DNA of 64,000 nucleotides, taken from Escherichia coli. Its GTDB lineage: Bacteria; Pseudomonadota; Gammaproteobacteria; Enterobacterales; Enterobacteriaceae. Both the position numbers and the translations under genes were made by a program. This document shows, piece after piece, positions 33,509 through 46,509 of the stretch (its first letter is position 1; every line of letters begins with the position of its first letter). Under the pieces are notes generated by a model. It had not been told where the DNA came from. It ran no database searches and saw only the letters and a program-made list of their open reading frames with translations. The DNA lies in assembly GCF_048403405.1 (NCBI RefSeq), contig NZ_CP183129.1. The stretch is one strand, 5' to 3'.

Positions 33509-36034
33509 ATGCCTTTACGACGGTTCTCCCCAGGACTGAAAGCCCAGTTTGCCTTCGGCATGGTCTTTTTGTTCGTTCAGCCCGATGCCAGCGCTGCTGA
33601 CATAAGTGCGCAGCAAATCGGTGGGGTGATTATTCCGCAGGCCTTCAGTCAGGCGCTTCAGGACGGCATGAGCGTCCCGCTCTATATTCATCTTGCCGGT
33701 AGCCAGGGTCGCCAGGACGATCAGCGAATCGGCAGCGCTTTTATCTGGTTGGATGATGGACAGCTACGCATCCGGAAAATACAGCTGGAAGAGAGTGAAG
33801 ATAACGCCAGTGTCAGCGAACAAACTCGACAGCAGCTGATGGCTCTGGCCAACGCCCCGTTCAATGAGGCCCTTACCATCCCCCTGACTGACAACGCGCA
33901 GCTGGATCTCAGCTTGCGCCAACTGCTGCTGCAGCTGGTGGTCAAGCGCGAAGCGCTGGGCACCGTACTACGCTCACGTAGCGAAGACATCGGGCAGTCC
34001 AGTGTTAACACCCTCAGCAGTAATCTGAGCTATAACTTCGGCGTCTATAACAACCAGTTGCGTAACGGCGGGAGCAACACATCCAGCTATCTGTCGCTGA
34101 ATAACGTTACTGCGCTGCGCGAACATCACGTGGTGCTCGACGGCTCACTGTACGGGATTGGTAGCGGTCAACAGGACAGTGAATTATATAAAGCGATGTA
34201 TGAACGCGATTTTGCTGGTCACCGATTTGCCGGTGGAATGCTCGACACCTGGAACTTGCAGTCCTTAGGGCCGATGACCGCCATTTCAGCAGGGAAGATT
34301 TACGGCCTTTCCTGGGGAAACCAGGCCAGCTCCACCATCTTCGACAGCAGCCAGTCAGCCACGCCAGTGATCGCCTTTTTACCGGCGGCGGGCGAAGTAC
34401 ATCTCACCCGTGATGGGCGGCTACTAAGCGTTCAGAACTTCACCATGGGCAATCATGAAGTGGATACCCGGGGTCTACCGTACGGTATTTACGATGTGGA
34501 AGTTGAGGTGATCGTTAACGGTCGCGTGATCAGCAAACGCACTCAACGGGTCAATAAGCTGTTTAGCCGGGGGCGCGGCGTCGGTGCACCACTGGCGTGG
34601 CAGATATGGGGTGGTAGCTTTCATATGGATCGCTGGTCGGAAAACGGGAAAAAGACGCGACCAGCTAAAGAGAGTTGGCTGGCAGGTGCCTCGACCTCCG
34701 GCTCACTGAGTACGCTTAGCTGGGCGGCAACGGGATATGGATACGATAATCAGGCGGTGGGTGAAACCCGTCTGACGCTGCCGCTTGGGGGAGCGATCAA
34801 CGTTAACCTGCAAAATATGCTGGCCAGTGACAGCTCATGGAGCAACATCGCCAGCATCAGCGCCACTCTACCGGGAGGCTTTAGTTCGCTGTGGGTTAAC
34901 CAGGAAAAAACCCGCATTGGCAATCAATTGCGACGTAGCGATGCCGACAACCGTGCAATCGGCGGCACACTCAACCTGAACTCACTGTGGTCGAAGCTGG
35001 GCACATTCAGCATCAGCTACAATGATGACCGCCGTTACAACAGCCATTATTACACGGCAGATTACTATCAAAATGTCTACAGCGGTCCCTTTGGTTCGCT
35101 TGGCCTGCGGGCCGGTATTCAGCGCTATAACAACGGCGACAGCAGCGCCAATACAGGGAAATATATCGCTCTCGATCTCTCGCTACCACTGGGCAACTGG
35201 TTTAGCGCAGGGATGACCCATCAAAACGGCTACACCATGGCAAACCTGTCAGCACGCAAACAGTTTGATGAAGGAACCATTCGCACTGTTGGTGCCAATC
35301 TGTCACGAGCCATCTCCGGCGATACCGGTGATGACAAAACCCTCAGCGGTGGGGCGTATGCACAGTTCGACGCTCGTTACGCCAGCGGAACGCTGAACGT
35401 CAATAGCGCGGCGGACGGCTACATCAATACCAATTTGACCGCCAACGGCAGCGTCGGCTGGCAAGGTAAAAACATCGCTGCCAGCGGGCGGACCGATGGC
35501 AATGCTGGGGTGATATTCGACACTGGCCTGGAGAACGATGGTCAGATCAGCGCCAAAATCAACGGGCGGATTTTCCCGCTTAACGGCAAGCGTAACTATC
35601 TCCCGCTCTCTCCCTATGGAAGATATGAGGTGGAGTTACAGAACAGCAAAAACTCACTCGACAGTTACGATATCGTCAGCGGTCGCAAAAGCCATCTGAC
35701 TCTCTATCCAGGCAATGTCGCTGTCATTGAGCCAGAGGTGAAGCAGATGGTTACCGTCTCCGGTCGTATCCGTGCGGAAGACGGCACACTGCTGGCTAAC
35801 GCACGGATTAACAACCATATCGGCCGAACCCGAACCGATGAAAACGGCGAGTTTGTCATGGACGTGGACAAGAAATACCCCACTATCGATTTTCGCTACA
35901 GTGGCAATAAAACCTGCGAAGTGGCACTGGAACTCAACCAGGCGCGCGGTGCCGTCTGGGTCGGTGATGTGGTCTGCAGCGGCCTCTCATCGTGGGCGGC
36001 GGTGACGCAGACAGGAGAAGAGAATGAGAGTTAA
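33509..36034 (+). CDS. ecpC: pilus usher EcpC (MatD)
   Basis: 841-aa ORF with signal peptide; outer-membrane usher-sized. Confidence 0.9.
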   Translation: MPLRRFSPGLKAQFAFGMVFLFVQPDASAADISAQQIGGVIIPQAFSQALQDGMSVPLYIHLAGSQGRQDDQRIGSAFIWLDDGQLRIRKIQLEESEDNASVSEQTRQQLMALANAPFNEALTIPLTDNAQLDLSLRQLLLQLVVKREALGTVLRSRSEDIGQSSVNTLSSNLSYNFGVYNNQLRNGGSNTSSYLSLNNVTALREHHVVLDGSLYGIGSGQQDSELYKAMYERDFAGHRFAGGMLDTWNLQSLGPMTAISAGKIYGLSWGNQASSTIFDSSQSATPVIAFLPAAGEVHLTRDGRLLSVQNFTMGNHEVDTRGLPYGIYDVEVEVIVNGRVISKRTQRVNKLFSRGRGVGAPLAWQIWGGSFHMDRWSENGKKTRPAKESWLAGASTSGSLSTLSWAATGYGYDNQAVGETRLTLPLGGAINVNLQNMLASDSSWSNIASISATLPGGFSSLWVNQEKTRIGNQLRRSDADNRAIGGTLNLNSLWSKLGTFSISYNDDRRYNSHYYTADYYQNVYSGPFGSLGLRAGIQRYNNGDSSANTGKYIALDLSLPLGNWFSAGMTHQNGYTMANLSARKQFDEGTIRTVGANLSRAISGDTGDDKTLSGGAYAQFDARYASGTLNVNSAADGYINTNLTANGSVGWQGKNIAASGRTDGNAGVIFDTGLENDGQISAKINGRIFPLNGKRNYLPLSPYGRYEVELQNSKNSLDSYDIVSGRKSHLTLYPGNVAVIEPEVKQMVTVSGRIRAEDGTLLANARINNHIGRTRTDENGEFVMDVDKKYPTIDFRYSGNKTCEVALELNQARGAVWVGDVVCSGLSSWAAVTQTGEENES

Positions 36035-37667
36035 CCTACTGATAGCGATGATAATCGTTGCGCTAATCTGGCCTGCAACCGCGCTCAGAGCGGCAGTGAG
36101 CAAAACAACCTGGGCGGATGCACCGGCACGCGAGTTTGTGTTTGTCGAAAACAACTCAGACGACAACTTTTTCGTCACTCCTGGCGGGGCGCTGGATCCG
36201 CGCCTGACCGGTGCCAACCGCTGGACCGGTTTAAAATACAATGGTTCAGGAACCATCTATCAGCAAAGTCTCGGCTACATTGATAACGGTTACAACACCG
36301 GCCTTTATACCAACTGGAAGTTTGATATGTGGCTGGAAAATTCACCAGTTTCATCTCCTTTAACTGGCTTGCGCTGCATCAACTGGTACGCAGGGTGTAA
36401 TATGACCACCAGTCTTATCCTGCCGCAAACCACCGACGCCAGTGGATTTTATGGCGCGACGGTGACCAGCGGCGGCGCGAAGTGGATGCACGGCATGTTG
36501 TCAGACGCGTTTTACCAGTATCTGCAACAAATGCCCGTCGGCAGCAGCTTTACAATGACCATCAATGCCTGCCAGACCTCTGTGAACTATGACGCCAGTA
36601 GCGGCGCACGCTGTAAGGATCAGGCCTCCGGCAACTGGTATGTTCGCAACGTCACCCATACGAAAGCAGCAAATCTGCGGTTGATAAATACCCACTCGCT
36701 GGCGGAAGTATTTATCAACAGCGACGGAGTACCGACTCTGGGCGAAGGGAACGCCGACTGCCGGACGCAAACCATCGGCAGCCGTTCAGGATTAAGTTGT
36801 AAGATGGTTAACTATACCCTGCAAACAAACGGACTCAGCAACACCTCAATCCATATATTCCCGGCGATCGCCAACTCGTCGTTAGCCTCGGCCGTCGGGG
36901 CGTACGATATGCAGTTCAGTCTGAATGGCAGTTCATGGAAACCGGTGAGCAATACTGCCTATTACTACACCTTCAACGAGATGAAGAGCGCAGACTCGAT
37001 CTATGTTTTCTTCTCGAGCAACTTCTTTAAACAGATGGTGAACCTCGGGATCAGCGATATCAACACCAAAGATCTATTCAACTTTCGCTTTCAGAACACC
37101 ACATCACCGGAGTCTGGCTGGTATGAATTTTCTACCTCCAACACGCTGATTATCAAACCCCGTGATTTCAGCATCAGTATTATCTCCGATGAATATACTC
37201 AGACACCGTCGCGGGAGGGATATGTCGGCAGCGGCGAGTCGGCACTCGATTTCGGCTATATCGTAACCACCAGCGGTAAAACAGCTGCCGACGAAGTGCT
37301 GATCAAGGTGACCGGACCCGCGCAGGTGATTGGCGGGCGCTCCTATTGTGTCTTCAGCTCCGATGACGGTAAGGCGAAAGTACCGTTCCCGGCGACGCTT
37401 TCCTTTATTACCCGCAACGGAGCTACAAAAACCTACGATGCCGGGTGCGATGATAGCTGGCGGGATATGACCGATGCGCTGTGGCTGACCACACCGTGGA
37501 CTGATATCTCTGGCGAAGTGGGGCAGATGGATAAGACCACAGTCAAATTTTCGATTCCAATGGATAACGCCATTTCGCTGCGTACGGTAGATGATAACGG
37601 CTGGTTTGGCGAAGTCAGCGCTTCAGGAGAAATTCATGTTCAGGCGACGTGGCGTAACATTAACTAA
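36024..37667 (+). CDS. ecpD: pilus tip adhesin EcpD (MatE)
   Basis: 547-aa ORF with signal peptide [23 protein letters not shown]; overlaps ecpC stop. Confidence 0.85.
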   Translation: MRVNLLIAMIIVALIWPATALRAAVSKTTWADAPAREFVFVENNSDDNFFVTPGGALDPRLTGANRWTGLKYNGSGTIYQQSLGYIDNGYNTGLYTNWKFDMWLENSPVSSPLTGLRCINWYAGCNMTTSLILPQTTDASGFYGATVTSGGAKWMHGMLSDAFYQYLQQMPVGSSFTMTINACQTSVNYDASSGARCKDQASGNWYVRNVTHTKAANLRLINTHSLAEVFINSDGVPTLGEGNADCRTQTIGSRSGLSCKMVNYTLQTNGLSNTSIHIFPAIANSSLASAVGAYDMQFSLNGSSWKPVSNTAYYYTFNEMKSADSIYVFFSSNFFKQMVNLGISDINTKDLFNFRFQNTTSPESGWYEFSTSNTLIIKPRDFSISIISDEYTQTPSREGYVGSGESALDFGYIVTTSGKTAADEVLIKVTGPAQVIGGRSYCVFSSDDGKAKVPFPATLSFITRNGATKTYDAGCDDSWRDMTDALWLTTPWTDISGEVGQMDKTTVKFSIPMDNAISLRTVDDNGWFGEVSASGEIHVQATWRNIN

Positions 37668-38346
37668 GGCCCTGCTGACAGCGGTCTGTATGCTGGCGGC
37701 ACCTTTGACACAGGCGATTTCGGTCGGCAATCTGACATTTTCGCTGCCGTCCGAGACTGACTTTGTCAGCAAACGTGTAGTGAATAACAACAAAAGCGCA
37801 CGGATATACCGTATTGCCATCAGTGCTATCGATAGCCCGGGCAGCAGTGAATTGCGCACCCGACCGGTGGATGGTGAACTGCTTTTCGCCCCCCGCCAGC
37901 TGGCGTTGCAGGCTGGTGAGAGCGAGTATTTTAAATTTTACTATCATGGTCCACGGGATAACCGCGAGCGCTACTACCGGGTCTCATTTCGCGAGGTCCC
38001 CACTCGCAACCAGACAAGACGCAGCCCAACCGGCGGCGAGGTTAGCACGGAGCCGGTGGTGGTGATGGTTACCATTCTGGTAGTACGACCACGTCAGGTT
38101 CAATTTAAATGGTCCTTCGACCAGGTGACAGGAACGGTAAGTAACACTGGCAACACATGGTTTAAGCTACTGATTAAGCCAGGATGTGATTCGACCGAAG
38201 AGGAAGGCGATGCCTGGTACCTACGTCCGGGAGACGTTGTTCATCAGCCTGAGTTACGTCAGCCGGGGAATCATTATCTGGTCTATAACGACAAATTCAT
38301 TAAGATTAGCGATTCCTGTCCGGCTAAGCCCCCTTCGGCGGACTAA
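37636..38346 (+). CDS. ecpE: pilus chaperone EcpE (MatF)
   Basis: ORF 37591..38346; ATG 37636 with AGGAGA RBS; paralogous to EcpB (shared YYRV/YFKFYY motifs). Confidence 0.8.
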   Translation: MFRRRGVTLTKALLTAVCMLAAPLTQAISVGNLTFSLPSETDFVSKRVVNNNKSARIYRIAISAIDSPGSSELRTRPVDGELLFAPRQLALQAGESEYFKFYYHGPRDNRERYYRVSFREVPTRNQTRRSPTGGEVSTEPVVVMVTILVVRPRQVQFKWSFDQVTGTVSNTGNTWFKLLIKPGCDSTEEEGDAWYLRPGDVVHQPELRQPGNHYLVYNDKFIKISDSCPAKPPSAD

Positions 38347-38658
38347 GACTTATCCATCGGTCAAGGGAAGAACTCCACCTCAGAGACTCAAAAATCGTTT
38401 AAATAATGTGGAAGCGATCGTCAATGTCACCTGTAACGATGGGCTTTCTCATATGTACACCATAGTGTTCAGGAGACGCGGAAAGGTACCAGGCAGCCTG
38501 CTAACGAGTGGTTTATTCACGAATTAGTACGTAAAATCGGTAACGGCTGGAAATCATTCAATACTCACACTATCGAAAGTTCCCCAGCCAACCGCGGTAC
38601 GTTCTTACATACGATGTACCGCTGTTCTCTTTACGATTTATAGCTGTACTGGTGAATT

Positions 38659-38988
38659 ATGAGCAATCTGAATCCATGCATGACGTGTGGTGCCTGTTGT
38701 GCATTTTTCCGCGTCTCTTTTTACTGGGCCGAAGCCGACGATGCTGGCGGTACCATTCCCGCCAGGCTCACTGAACAAATATCCCCTTTTCACCGATGCA
38801 TGAGCGGTACCAATCAGAAAAACCCCCGATGTATTGCCCTTGCAGGAACACCGGGCAAAAATGCCTGCTGCACGATATATAAAAATCGATCGTCCACGTG
38901 CAGAGAATTCGCCATGTCTGGTGAGAACGGAGTCGTCAATGAGGCTTGCAATCGTGCAAGAGCTAAATACGGGCTGACACCGTTATAA
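38659..38988 (+). CDS. ykgJ: Cys-rich zinc/iron-binding protein YkgJ
   Basis: 109-aa [22 protein letters not shown]... with CxxCxxCC motif. Confidence 0.7.
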
Positions 38989-39010
38989 ATATGCAATAAT
39001 TAATTGCACT

Positions 39011-39045
39011 GCCCCGCCAGCTATAATCGCGGGGCTTCGTTTTTC
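39011..39045 (+). terminator. intrinsic terminator after ykgJ
   Basis: Hairpin CCCCGC-cagctataat-GCGGGG followed by CTTCGTTTTT. Confidence 0.6.
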
Positions 39046-39194
39046 AGGGATAACAAAACCCGAAACTTCTTCCATCTGCCAGCAACAATGCCTCTTCCTC
39101 TATAGTGTTCTCCGGATCTACAGCATCCTGAAGTAGCGCGATGTACTCACGGGCTATCTGCTTCAGAAAGTAAAAAGCAATGTTTTTAACCTAT

Positions 39195-39226
39195 AAAAAT
39201 GGCGCTGCATTTGCGCCATTTTTATT
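39195..39226. terminator. bidirectional terminator downstream of yagU
   Basis: AAAAAT-GGCGC-tgcatttg-GCGCC-ATTTTTATT; A-tract and T-tract flank a GC stem, 10 bp from the yagU stop. Confidence 0.55.
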
Positions 39227-39236
39227 ATTCAATGCA

Positions 39237-39851
39237 TTATCTGTTTGAGCCTAAAGGGATCTCAGGGTCTGGCTCATGAGTAATTCTGTTTCGTAAATCT
39301 CTGCGAATAATTTCAATGGACCAGAACCAGACTAAATGTCCAAAAATTTCAGAAACATTCTCATACCACGGGAGATCAAACAGAGGTGGCGTCAGTCCCA
39401 TGAGAGGGAATGAAATCATATGAACAAAAAGTTGGGCTAAAGCACCTGCCAGTAAGCCCTGCCAGAGTTTAATTTTTGGAAATACTTCAGCGACCACACA
39501 ATAACCGACAGCAAACACTATCGAAAAGATAATGTGCGTAACACCAACCCAGTTAAAGACATGCCCGGCAAAGGTATAAACAGCCGCATTGGGATCTGTC
39601 AGCCCCAACCAGTCTCGAAGAAAAATATACGGAGGATTGAGAAAATTACGGGAGCAATCAATTTGCCCAGCAGCCCTGATTAATGATTCCGGGCCACACG
39701 CTGCATTAAACATATCCACCGGGCTACGTGGCGGCAATGGAACTTCAGCCCCCCACTTCACAAATGCGGAAACAACGCCAGCAATCAGCCCAATGAATGC
39801 AGCAAGACCATAACGTCTGCGGTTCGGTGGAGTTTGTTCAAATATATTCAT
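39237..39851 (-). CDS. yagU: inner-membrane protein YagU (DUF1440)
   Basis: 204-aa ORF with several hydrophobic helices. Confidence 0.7.
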
Positions 39852-40257
39852 ATCTACCCTGCTTGTACCATTATGTTATACACCTCTTCAGGAGTATTCA
39901 TAAAATAAGACAAATGTAAAGAACTGTATTGTTTTGTATAACAAGATAGTTTCCTAATCGCCAATGAATATAAGCACCATCATTTCTCCCTATTTTTATG
40001 TTAGAAGTGACAAAGATTTGTAGGGTGATGCAGAGCTGACAATCACAGGTTTCCTTATCGGTTTTTGCATCGTACAACTAAAGCAATAAACGAGCTCCCG
40101 TCATCGGCGAATATGAATTAATTAGCCGGGCTCATAGCTGCATTCGCGTTTTAAGAATAATCCTCCTGCTCTCACCGACTATGCTTAACGTTTAAAAAAG
40201 CATCAGCACTCTCGCAACGCTCTCTTATTTTCCCCTTTAGAATACCGGAGGCCTGGT

Positions 40258-40947
40258 ATGAGCAACCAAGGCGAATACCCCGAAGATAATCGGGTTGGGA
40301 AGCACGAGCCGCACGATTTTAGTTTGACCCGTCGCGATCTGATTAAAGTCAGCGCCGCAACGGCGGCGACCGCCGTGGTTTATCCTCATTCTACGCTTGC
40401 AGCAAGCGTTCCGGCAGCTACACCCGCGCCAGAGATAATGCCCCTGACACTTAAGGTGAACGGCAAAACCGAGCAGTTGGACGTTGATACCCGAACCACG
40501 CTACTGGACGCTTTGCGTGAAAATCTGCATCTGATCGGTACCAAGAAAGGTTGCGATCACGGGCAGTGCGGAGCCTGTACCGTGCTGGTCAATGGTCGCA
40601 GGCTTAATGCCTGCCTGACGCTTGCAGTCATGCATCAGGGGGCCGAGATCACCACCATTGAAGGCCTGGGTTCACCAGAGAATCTTCACCCCATGCAGGC
40701 GGCCTTTATCAAGCATGATGGCTTCCAGTGCGGCTACTGCACCTCCGGGCAAATTTGCTCATCAGTAGCGGTGCTAAAAGAGATTCAGGACGGCATTCCC
40801 AGTCACGTCACGGTCGATTTGGTTTCCCCTCCAGAAAGAACGGCCGATGAGATCCGTGAACGTATGAGCGGCAACATCTGTCGCTGTGGAGCATACGCTA
40901 ACATCCTTGCCGCCATTGAAGACGCTGCGGGGGAGATAAAATCATGA
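40258..40947 (+). CDS. paoA: periplasmic aldehyde oxidoreductase 2Fe-2S subunit PaoA (Tat signal)
   Basis: 229-aa ORF; twin-arginine motif ([12 protein letters not shown]) and 2Fe-2S Cys motifs ([18 protein letters not shown]). Confidence 0.85.
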   Translation: MSNQGEYPEDNRVGKHEPHDFSLTRRDLIKVSAATAATAVVYPHSTLAASVPAATPAPEIMPLTLKVNGKTEQLDVDTRTTLLDALRENLHLIGTKKGCDHGQCGACTVLVNGRRLNACLTLAVMHQGAEITTIEGLGSPENLHPMQAAFIKHDGFQCGYCTSGQICSSVAVLKEIQDGIPSHVTVDLVSPPERTADEIRERMSGNICRCGAYANILAAIEDAAGEIKS

Positions 40948-41900
40948 AGGCGTTTACCTATGAACGAGTGAACACCCCGGCCGAGGCGGCACTTAGCGCT
41001 CAGCGCGTACCCGGCGCAAAATTTATCGCTGGCGGGACCAATCTGCTGGACCTGATGAAGCTGGAAATTGAAACGCCAACCCACCTTATCGATGTGAACG
41101 GGCTCGGGCTCGATAAGATTGAAGTGACCGACGCGGGTGGGCTGCGCATCGGCGCACTGGTACGGAACACCGACCTGGCAGCTCACGAGCGCGTGCGTCG
41201 TGATTACGCGGTACTCTCCCGCGCCCTGCTCGCTGGCGCGTCTGGTCAGTTACGTAATCAGGCAACCACCGCAGGTAATCTGCTCCAGCGCACGCGCTGC
41301 CCCTATTTTTACGACACCAATCAGCCCTGCAATAAGCGCCTGCCCGGGAGCGGCTGCGCGGCACTTGAAGGCTTTAGCCGTCAGCACGCGGTGGTAGGCG
41401 TAAGCGAAGCCTGCATTGCCACCCATCCGAGCGATATGGCGGTCGCAATGCGGTTGCTGGATGCGGTGGTGGAAACCATCACGCCGGAGGGAAAGACTCG
41501 CAGTATCACACTGGCTGATTTTTATCACCCTCCAGGAAAAACGCCGCACATTGAAACCGCCCTGCTTCCCGGTGAGCTTATCGTTGCGGTGACGTTACCT
41601 CCGCCGCTCGGCGGAAAACATATTTACCGTAAGGTGCGCGATCGCGCCTCCTACGCCTTTGCCCTGGTATCGGTCGCAGCGATTATTCAGCCTAACGGCA
41701 GCGGGCGCGTCGCGCTGGGCGGAGTAGCACATAAGCCCTGGCGCATTGAGGCTGCGGATGCTCAGCTATCCCAGGGGGCGCAGGCCGTGTATGACGCGCT
41801 GTTCGCCAGCGCCCATCCCACCACTGAAAACACCTTTAAACTCCTGTTGGCGAAGCGAACGCTTGCCTCCGTACTGGCTGAAGCGAGGGCACAGGCATGA
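40944..41900 (+). CDS. paoB: aldehyde oxidoreductase FAD-binding subunit PaoB
   Basis: 318-aa ORF, ATGA overlap with paoA. Confidence 0.85.
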   Translation: MKAFTYERVNTPAEAALSAQRVPGAKFIAGGTNLLDLMKLEIETPTHLIDVNGLGLDKIEVTDAGGLRIGALVRNTDLAAHERVRRDYAVLSRALLAGASGQLRNQATTAGNLLQRTRCPYFYDTNQPCNKRLPGSGCAALEGFSRQHAVVGVSEACIATHPSDMAVAMRLLDAVVETITPEGKTRSITLADFYHPPGKTPHIETALLPGELIVAVTLPPPLGGKHIYRKVRDRASYAFALVSVAAIIQPNGSGRVALGGVAHKPWRIEAADAQLSQGAQAVYDALFASAHPTTENTFKLLLAKRTLASVLAEARAQA

Positions 41901-44095
41901 AATTTGATAAACCCGCAGGGGAAAACCCGATTGATCAGCTGAAGGTTGTCGGTCGTCCCCATGACCGTATCGACGGACCGCTGAAAACTACCGGCACGGC
42001 ACGCTACGCCTACGAATGGCATGAAGAAGCCCCCAACGCCGCCTATGGTTATATCGTCGGTTCCGCCATTGCCAAAGGATGCCTCACCGCCCTCGATACG
42101 GACGCCGCGCAAAAAGCGCCGGGCGTACTGGCTGTCATTACCGCCAGTAACGCCGGGGCACTCGGCAAAGGCGACAAAAACACCGCCAGGCTGTTAGGCG
42201 GCCCCACTATTGAGCACTATCATCAGGCCATTGCGCTGGTAGTGGCCGAGACCTTCGAACAGGCACGAGCGGCGGCCTCGCTGGTGCAGGCGCACTATCG
42301 CCGTAATAAAGGAGCTTACTCCCTGGCGGACGAGAAACAGGCCGTCAGTCAGCCGCCGGAAGACACGCCCGATAAAAATGTTGGTGACTTTGACGGGGCT
42401 TTCACCTCCGCTGCGGTGAAGATTGATGCTACCTACACGACCCCGGACCAGAGCCATATGGCGATGGAACCGCATGCCTCGATGGCCGTCTGGGATGGAA
42501 ATAAGCTTACCCTCTGGACCTCAAATCAGATGATTGACTGGTGCCGCACCGATCTGGCAAAAACGCTGAAAGTGCCCGTGGAGAATGTGCGTATTATCTC
42601 CCCGTATATCGGTGGAGGGTTTGGCGGCAAGCTGTTCCTGAGAAGCGATGCGCTGCTGGCGGCCCTCGCCGCCCGTGCGGTGAAACGTCCGGTTAAAGTG
42701 ATGCTCCCCCGCCCCACTATTCCCAATAACACCACGCACCGCCCCGCCACCCTTCAGCACCTGCGTATCGGTGCCGACCAGAGCGGGAAAATCACTGCTA
42801 TCTCACATGAAAGCTGGTCCGGAAACCTGCCCGGCGGCACGCCGGAAACGGCGGTACAGCAAAGCGAATTTCTTTACGCAGGGGCGAATCGTCATACAGG
42901 CCTGCGGCTCGCCACGCTTGATTTGCCGGAAGGGAACGCCATGCGTGCGCCCGGCGAAGCCCCCGGTCTGATGGCGCTCGAAATCGCGATCGACGAACTG
43001 GCGGAAAAAGCGGGCATCGATCCCGTCGAGTTTCGCATCCTGAATGACACTCAGGTTGACCCCGCCGACCCGACGCGCCGCTTCTCTCGCCGTCAGCTTA
43101 TTGAGTGCTTGCGCACCGGAGCGGATAAATTTGGCTGGAAGCAGCGAAACGCCACCCCCGGACAGGTACGCGACGGGGAGTGGCTAGTCGGCCACGGTGT
43201 TGCGGCGGGCTTTCGCAATAATCTGCTGGAAAAATCGGGTGCGCGGGTTCACCTGGAGCAAAACGGCACCGTTACCGTGGAAACGGACATGACCGATATT
43301 GGCACTGGCAGCTACACCATTCTGGCCCAGACGGCAGCGGAAATGCTTGGCGTACCGCTGGAGCAGGTTGCGGTTCACCTCGGCGATTCCAGTTTCCCGG
43401 TTTCTGCGGGTTCTGGTGGACAATGGGGCGCGAATACCTCCACCTCCGGCGTTTACGCCGCCTGTGTGAAACTTCGCGAAATGATTGCCTCGGCAGTCGG
43501 GTTTGATCCTGAGCAGTCGCAGTTTGCCGACGGCAAGATTACCAACGATACCCGAAGCGCCACGCTACATGAGGCCACCGCAGGCGGCAGACTGACAGCG
43601 GAAGAGAGCATTGAATTCGGAACAATGAGCAAGGAGTACCAGCAATCGACCTTTGCCGGGCATTTTGTGGAGGTCGGCGTGCATAGCGCGACGGGAGAAG
43701 TTCGGGTCCGGCGTATGCTCGCCGTGTGCGCAGCGGGGCGCATTCTGAATCCGAAAACTGCACGCAGCCAGGTCATTGGCGCAATGACTATGGGCATGGG
43801 CGCGGCACTGATGGAGGAGCTGGCGGTAGATGACCGTTTGGGCTACTTCGTTAATCACGATATGGCGGGGTATGAGGTGCCGGTCCATGCGGATATCCCA
43901 AAACAGGAGGTGATTTTCCTGGATGATACCGACCCCATCTCCTCCCCGATGAAGGCCAAAGGTGTCGGTGAGCTGGGCCTGTGCGGCGTGAGCGCGGCTA
44001 TCGCCAACGCGGTGTATAACGCCACCGGTATTCGGGTACGGGATTATCCCATCACTCTGGATAAGCTGCTCGATAAACTGCCGGATGTGGTTTAA
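41897..44095 (+). CDS. paoC: aldehyde oxidoreductase molybdopterin subunit PaoC
   Basis: 732-aa ORF, overlaps paoB stop; xanthine dehydrogenase family Mo-binding subunit. Confidence 0.9.
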   Translation: MKFDKPAGENPIDQLKVVGRPHDRIDGPLKTTGTARYAYEWHEEAPNAAYGYIVGSAIAKGCLTALDTDAAQKAPGVLAVITASNAGALGKGDKNTARLLGGPTIEHYHQAIALVVAETFEQARAAASLVQAHYRRNKGAYSLADEKQAVSQPPEDTPDKNVGDFDGAFTSAAVKIDATYTTPDQSHMAMEPHASMAVWDGNKLTLWTSNQMIDWCRTDLAKTLKVPVENVRIISPYIGGGFGGKLFLRSDALLAALAARAVKRPVKVMLPRPTIPNNTTHRPATLQHLRIGADQSGKITAISHESWSGNLPGGTPETAVQQSEFLYAGANRHTGLRLATLDLPEGNAMRAPGEAPGLMALEIAIDELAEKAGIDPVEFRILNDTQVDPADPTRRFSRRQLIECLRTGADKFGWKQRNATPGQVRDGEWLVGHGVAAGFRNNLLEKSGARVHLEQNGTVTVETDMTDIGTGSYTILAQTAAEMLGVPLEQVAVHLGDSSFPVSAGSGGQWGANTSTSGVYAACVKLREMIASAVGFDPEQSQFADGKITNDTRSATLHEATAGGRLTAEESIEFGTMSKEYQQSTFAGHFVEVGVHSATGEVRVRRMLAVCAAGRILNPKTARSQVIGAMTMGMGAALMEELAVDDRLGYFVNHDMAGYEVPVHADIPKQEVIFLDDTDPISSPMKAKGVGELGLCGVSAAIANAVYNATGIRVRDYPITLDKLLDKLPDVV

Positions 44096-44104
44096 GGAGG
44101 AACA

Positions 44105-45061
44105 ATGTCATACTCGCTTTTTGACAAAGACGAGCACTGGCATAAGCCAGAGCAGGCGTTTCTCACCGATGACCACCGGACCATTCTGCGCTTCGCCGTA
44201 GAGGCGCTAATGTCCGGTAAAGGAGCGGTGCTGGTGACGCTGGTGGAGATACGCGGCGGCGCGGCGCGCCCGCTCGGGGCGCAGATGGTGGTGCGCGAAG
44301 ATGGTCGTTACTGCGGTTTTGTCTCTGGCGGCTGCGTGGAGGCCGCTGCCGCTTTTGAAGCGCTGGAGATGATGGGCTCAGGCCGCGATCGCGAAATTCG
44401 CTATGGTGAAGGTTCGCCGTGGTTTGACATCGTTCTGCCCTGCGGCGGTGGGATCACGCTGACGCTCCATAAACTACGCTCGGCACAGCCTCTGCTCGCC
44501 GTGCTGAACCGCCTGGAACAGAGAAAACCGGCGGGTCTGCGCTACGATCCGCAAGCTCAATCGCTGGTGTGCCTGCCCACGCAAACCCGGACGGGCTGGA
44601 ATCTCAATGGCTTTGAGGTGGGGTTCAGACCATGCGTCAGTCTGATGATTTACGGACGTTCTCTTGAGGCGCAGGCAACCGCGAGTCTTGCAGCAGCCAC
44701 AGGCTATGACAGCCATATCTTCGATCTTTTTCCGGCCTCAGCCAGCGCTCAGATCGATACCGATACGGCGGTCATTTTGCTGTGCCATGATCTCAACCGG
44801 GAGCTGCCAGTGTTGCAGGCCGCGCGAGAGGCAAAACCCTTTTATCTCGGCGCATTGGGCAGCTATCGAACCCACACTTTACGTCTGCAAAAGCTCCACG
44901 AGCTGGGATGGTCCAGGGAGGAGACAGCGCAAATCCGGGCACCCGTCGGGATATTCCCCAAAGCCCGGGATGCGCATACTCTGGCACTCTCCGTGCTGGC
45001 AGAAGTCGCCTCTGTACGTCTCCATCAGGAGGAGGATTCATGCCTGCCCCCGTCGTCCTGA
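44105..45061 (+). CDS. paoD: molybdenum cofactor insertion chaperone PaoD (XdhC-like)
   Basis: 318-aa ORF directly after paoC. Confidence 0.8.
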   Translation: MSYSLFDKDEHWHKPEQAFLTDDHRTILRFAVEALMSGKGAVLVTLVEIRGGAARPLGAQMVVREDGRYCGFVSGGCVEAAAAFEALEMMGSGRDREIRYGEGSPWFDIVLPCGGGITLTLHKLRSAQPLLAVLNRLEQRKPAGLRYDPQAQSLVCLPTQTRTGWNLNGFEVGFRPCVSLMIYGRSLEAQATASLAAATGYDSHIFDLFPASASAQIDTDTAVILLCHDLNRELPVLQAAREAKPFYLGALGSYRTHTLRLQKLHELGWSREETAQIRAPVGIFPKARDAHTLALSVLAEVASVRLHQEEDSCLPPSS

Positions 45062-45240
45062 TCCTTGCGGCCGGGCGTGGAGAGCGCTTTCTCGCCTCCG
45101 GGGGAAATACCCATAAATTAAGAGAAAAATCTGCAGTAGCCGTTTTAGAAAATCACCTAAATCGTTTAAAAGAGCACCCAACCCATAGTGGGCGCTCATC
45201 GCCTTGTGTAACTTATTCAGCAACGCGCGCCCTCGCCGGA

Positions 45241-46434
45241 CTAAAGCGCACCGGCCTTCTGGCGTGCGGTAACAAAGGTCAGTACGCCAGCGCAAAGGAG
45301 CAGCACGCTACTCATAGCAAACGTGCTCTGCCAGCCAAGGCGGTCAAATACGATGCCTCCTGCTGTTGATCCAAGGGCGATGGAGAGCTGAATCACCGCG
45401 ACCATGAGCCCGCCTCCGGCTTCGGCGTTGTCAGGCAACGTACGCGCAATCCATGTCCACCATCCGGTTGGCGCGGCGGTGGCCAGCATGCCCCAGAGTC
45501 CTAACAGCAGCGAGACCGTCCAGACGTGATGCCCGGTCAGCATCAGACCGATAGCAATGACGGCCATCAGTCCGGGTATGGCCATCAGCGTGGGGTAGAA
45601 TTTTCTGTTGAGAAATGCCGAAACAACCAGCGTGCCAATAAAACCGGCCACGCCGATAATCAGCAAAATCAACGACAAGCCTAAGGAATTAACCCGTGTC
45701 ACCGACTCCAGAAACGGGCGCACATAGGTGAATAGTGCAAACTGCCCCATGAAAAACAGGCAGCAGGCTATCATGCCGACCACAACCATGCGGCGGCTAA
45801 ATAAGCGGAATACCGCGCCACATGAAGTGTGGCTTTTATTCGCATCCATGCTTGGCAGGCTGATGCACTGCCAGATAAAGGCGACAACCGCGATGGGCAC
45901 CAGGCACAAGAAAGCGCCTCGCCATCCGACCGTAGCCCCCAGATAGCTTCCCAGCGGTGCGGCCACGACCGTCGCCAGCGCATTACCGGCGTTGAAAATT
46001 GCCAGCGCACGCGTGACCTGATGCTGCGGCACCAGACGAATCGCCGTTGCCGCTGACATCGACCAGAATCCGCCAATAGCCACACCAATCATCGCACGAC
46101 CGACCATATACATCAGATAACTGGAAGCCAGCGCAATAATAAGCCCCGATACGGCCATCAGAACCGTCATCCCCAGCAGCAGGAACTTACGATTCATCTT
46201 TCCAGCTAGCGTTGAAAGCGTCAGGCTGGTCAGAACCGCCAGCGCGCCGGAGATAGCAATCCCCTGCCCTGCCAGCCCCTCCGTCACGCCTAAATCGCGG
46301 GTAATCGGCGTGAGCAGGCTGACGGGCATAAATTCAGAAGCAATCAGCACAAACACGCACAGGGTCATGGCAAAAATACCGCCCCAGTATGCGCGCTGAT
46401 GATGAGGTGATAGTGTTTGGCTTAGTGTCGACAT
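45241..46434 (-). CDS. MFS transporter (12 predicted TM segments)
   Basis: 397-aa ORF, hydrophobic throughout; weak RBS, so start uncertain. Confidence 0.7.
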   Translation of the reverse strand: MSTLSQTLSPHHQRAYWGGIFAMTLCVFVLIASEFMPVSLLTPITRDLGVTEGLAGQGIAISGALAVLTSLTLSTLAGKMNRKFLLLGMTVLMAVSGLIIALASSYLMYMVGRAMIGVAIGGFWSMSAATAIRLVPQHQVTRALAIFNAGNALATVVAAPLGSYLGATVGWRGAFLCLVPIAVVAFIWQCISLPSMDANKSHTSCGAVFRLFSRRMVVVGMIACCLFFMGQFALFTYVRPFLESVTRVNSLGLSLILLIIGVAGFIGTLVVSAFLNRKFYPTLMAIPGLMAVIAIGLMLTGHHVWTVSLLLGLWGMLATAAPTGWWTWIARTLPDNAEAGGGLMVAVIQLSIALGSTAGGIVFDRLGWQSTFAMSSVLLLCAGVLTFVTARQKAGAL

Positions 46435-46509
46435 AGTGAAATTTCACAAAGATCAGGATAAAAGCCACCAGCCTATGGCCGGTGGCTTTGCATCAATTCA
46501 GGAGAGGTT

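Noticed and set aside
44664-45369. Alternative-frame ORFs across the paoD / MFS convergent junction
   Set aside because: They overlap the 3' ends of two well-supported genes and are Arg/Pro-rich, typical of GC-rich off-frame translation.
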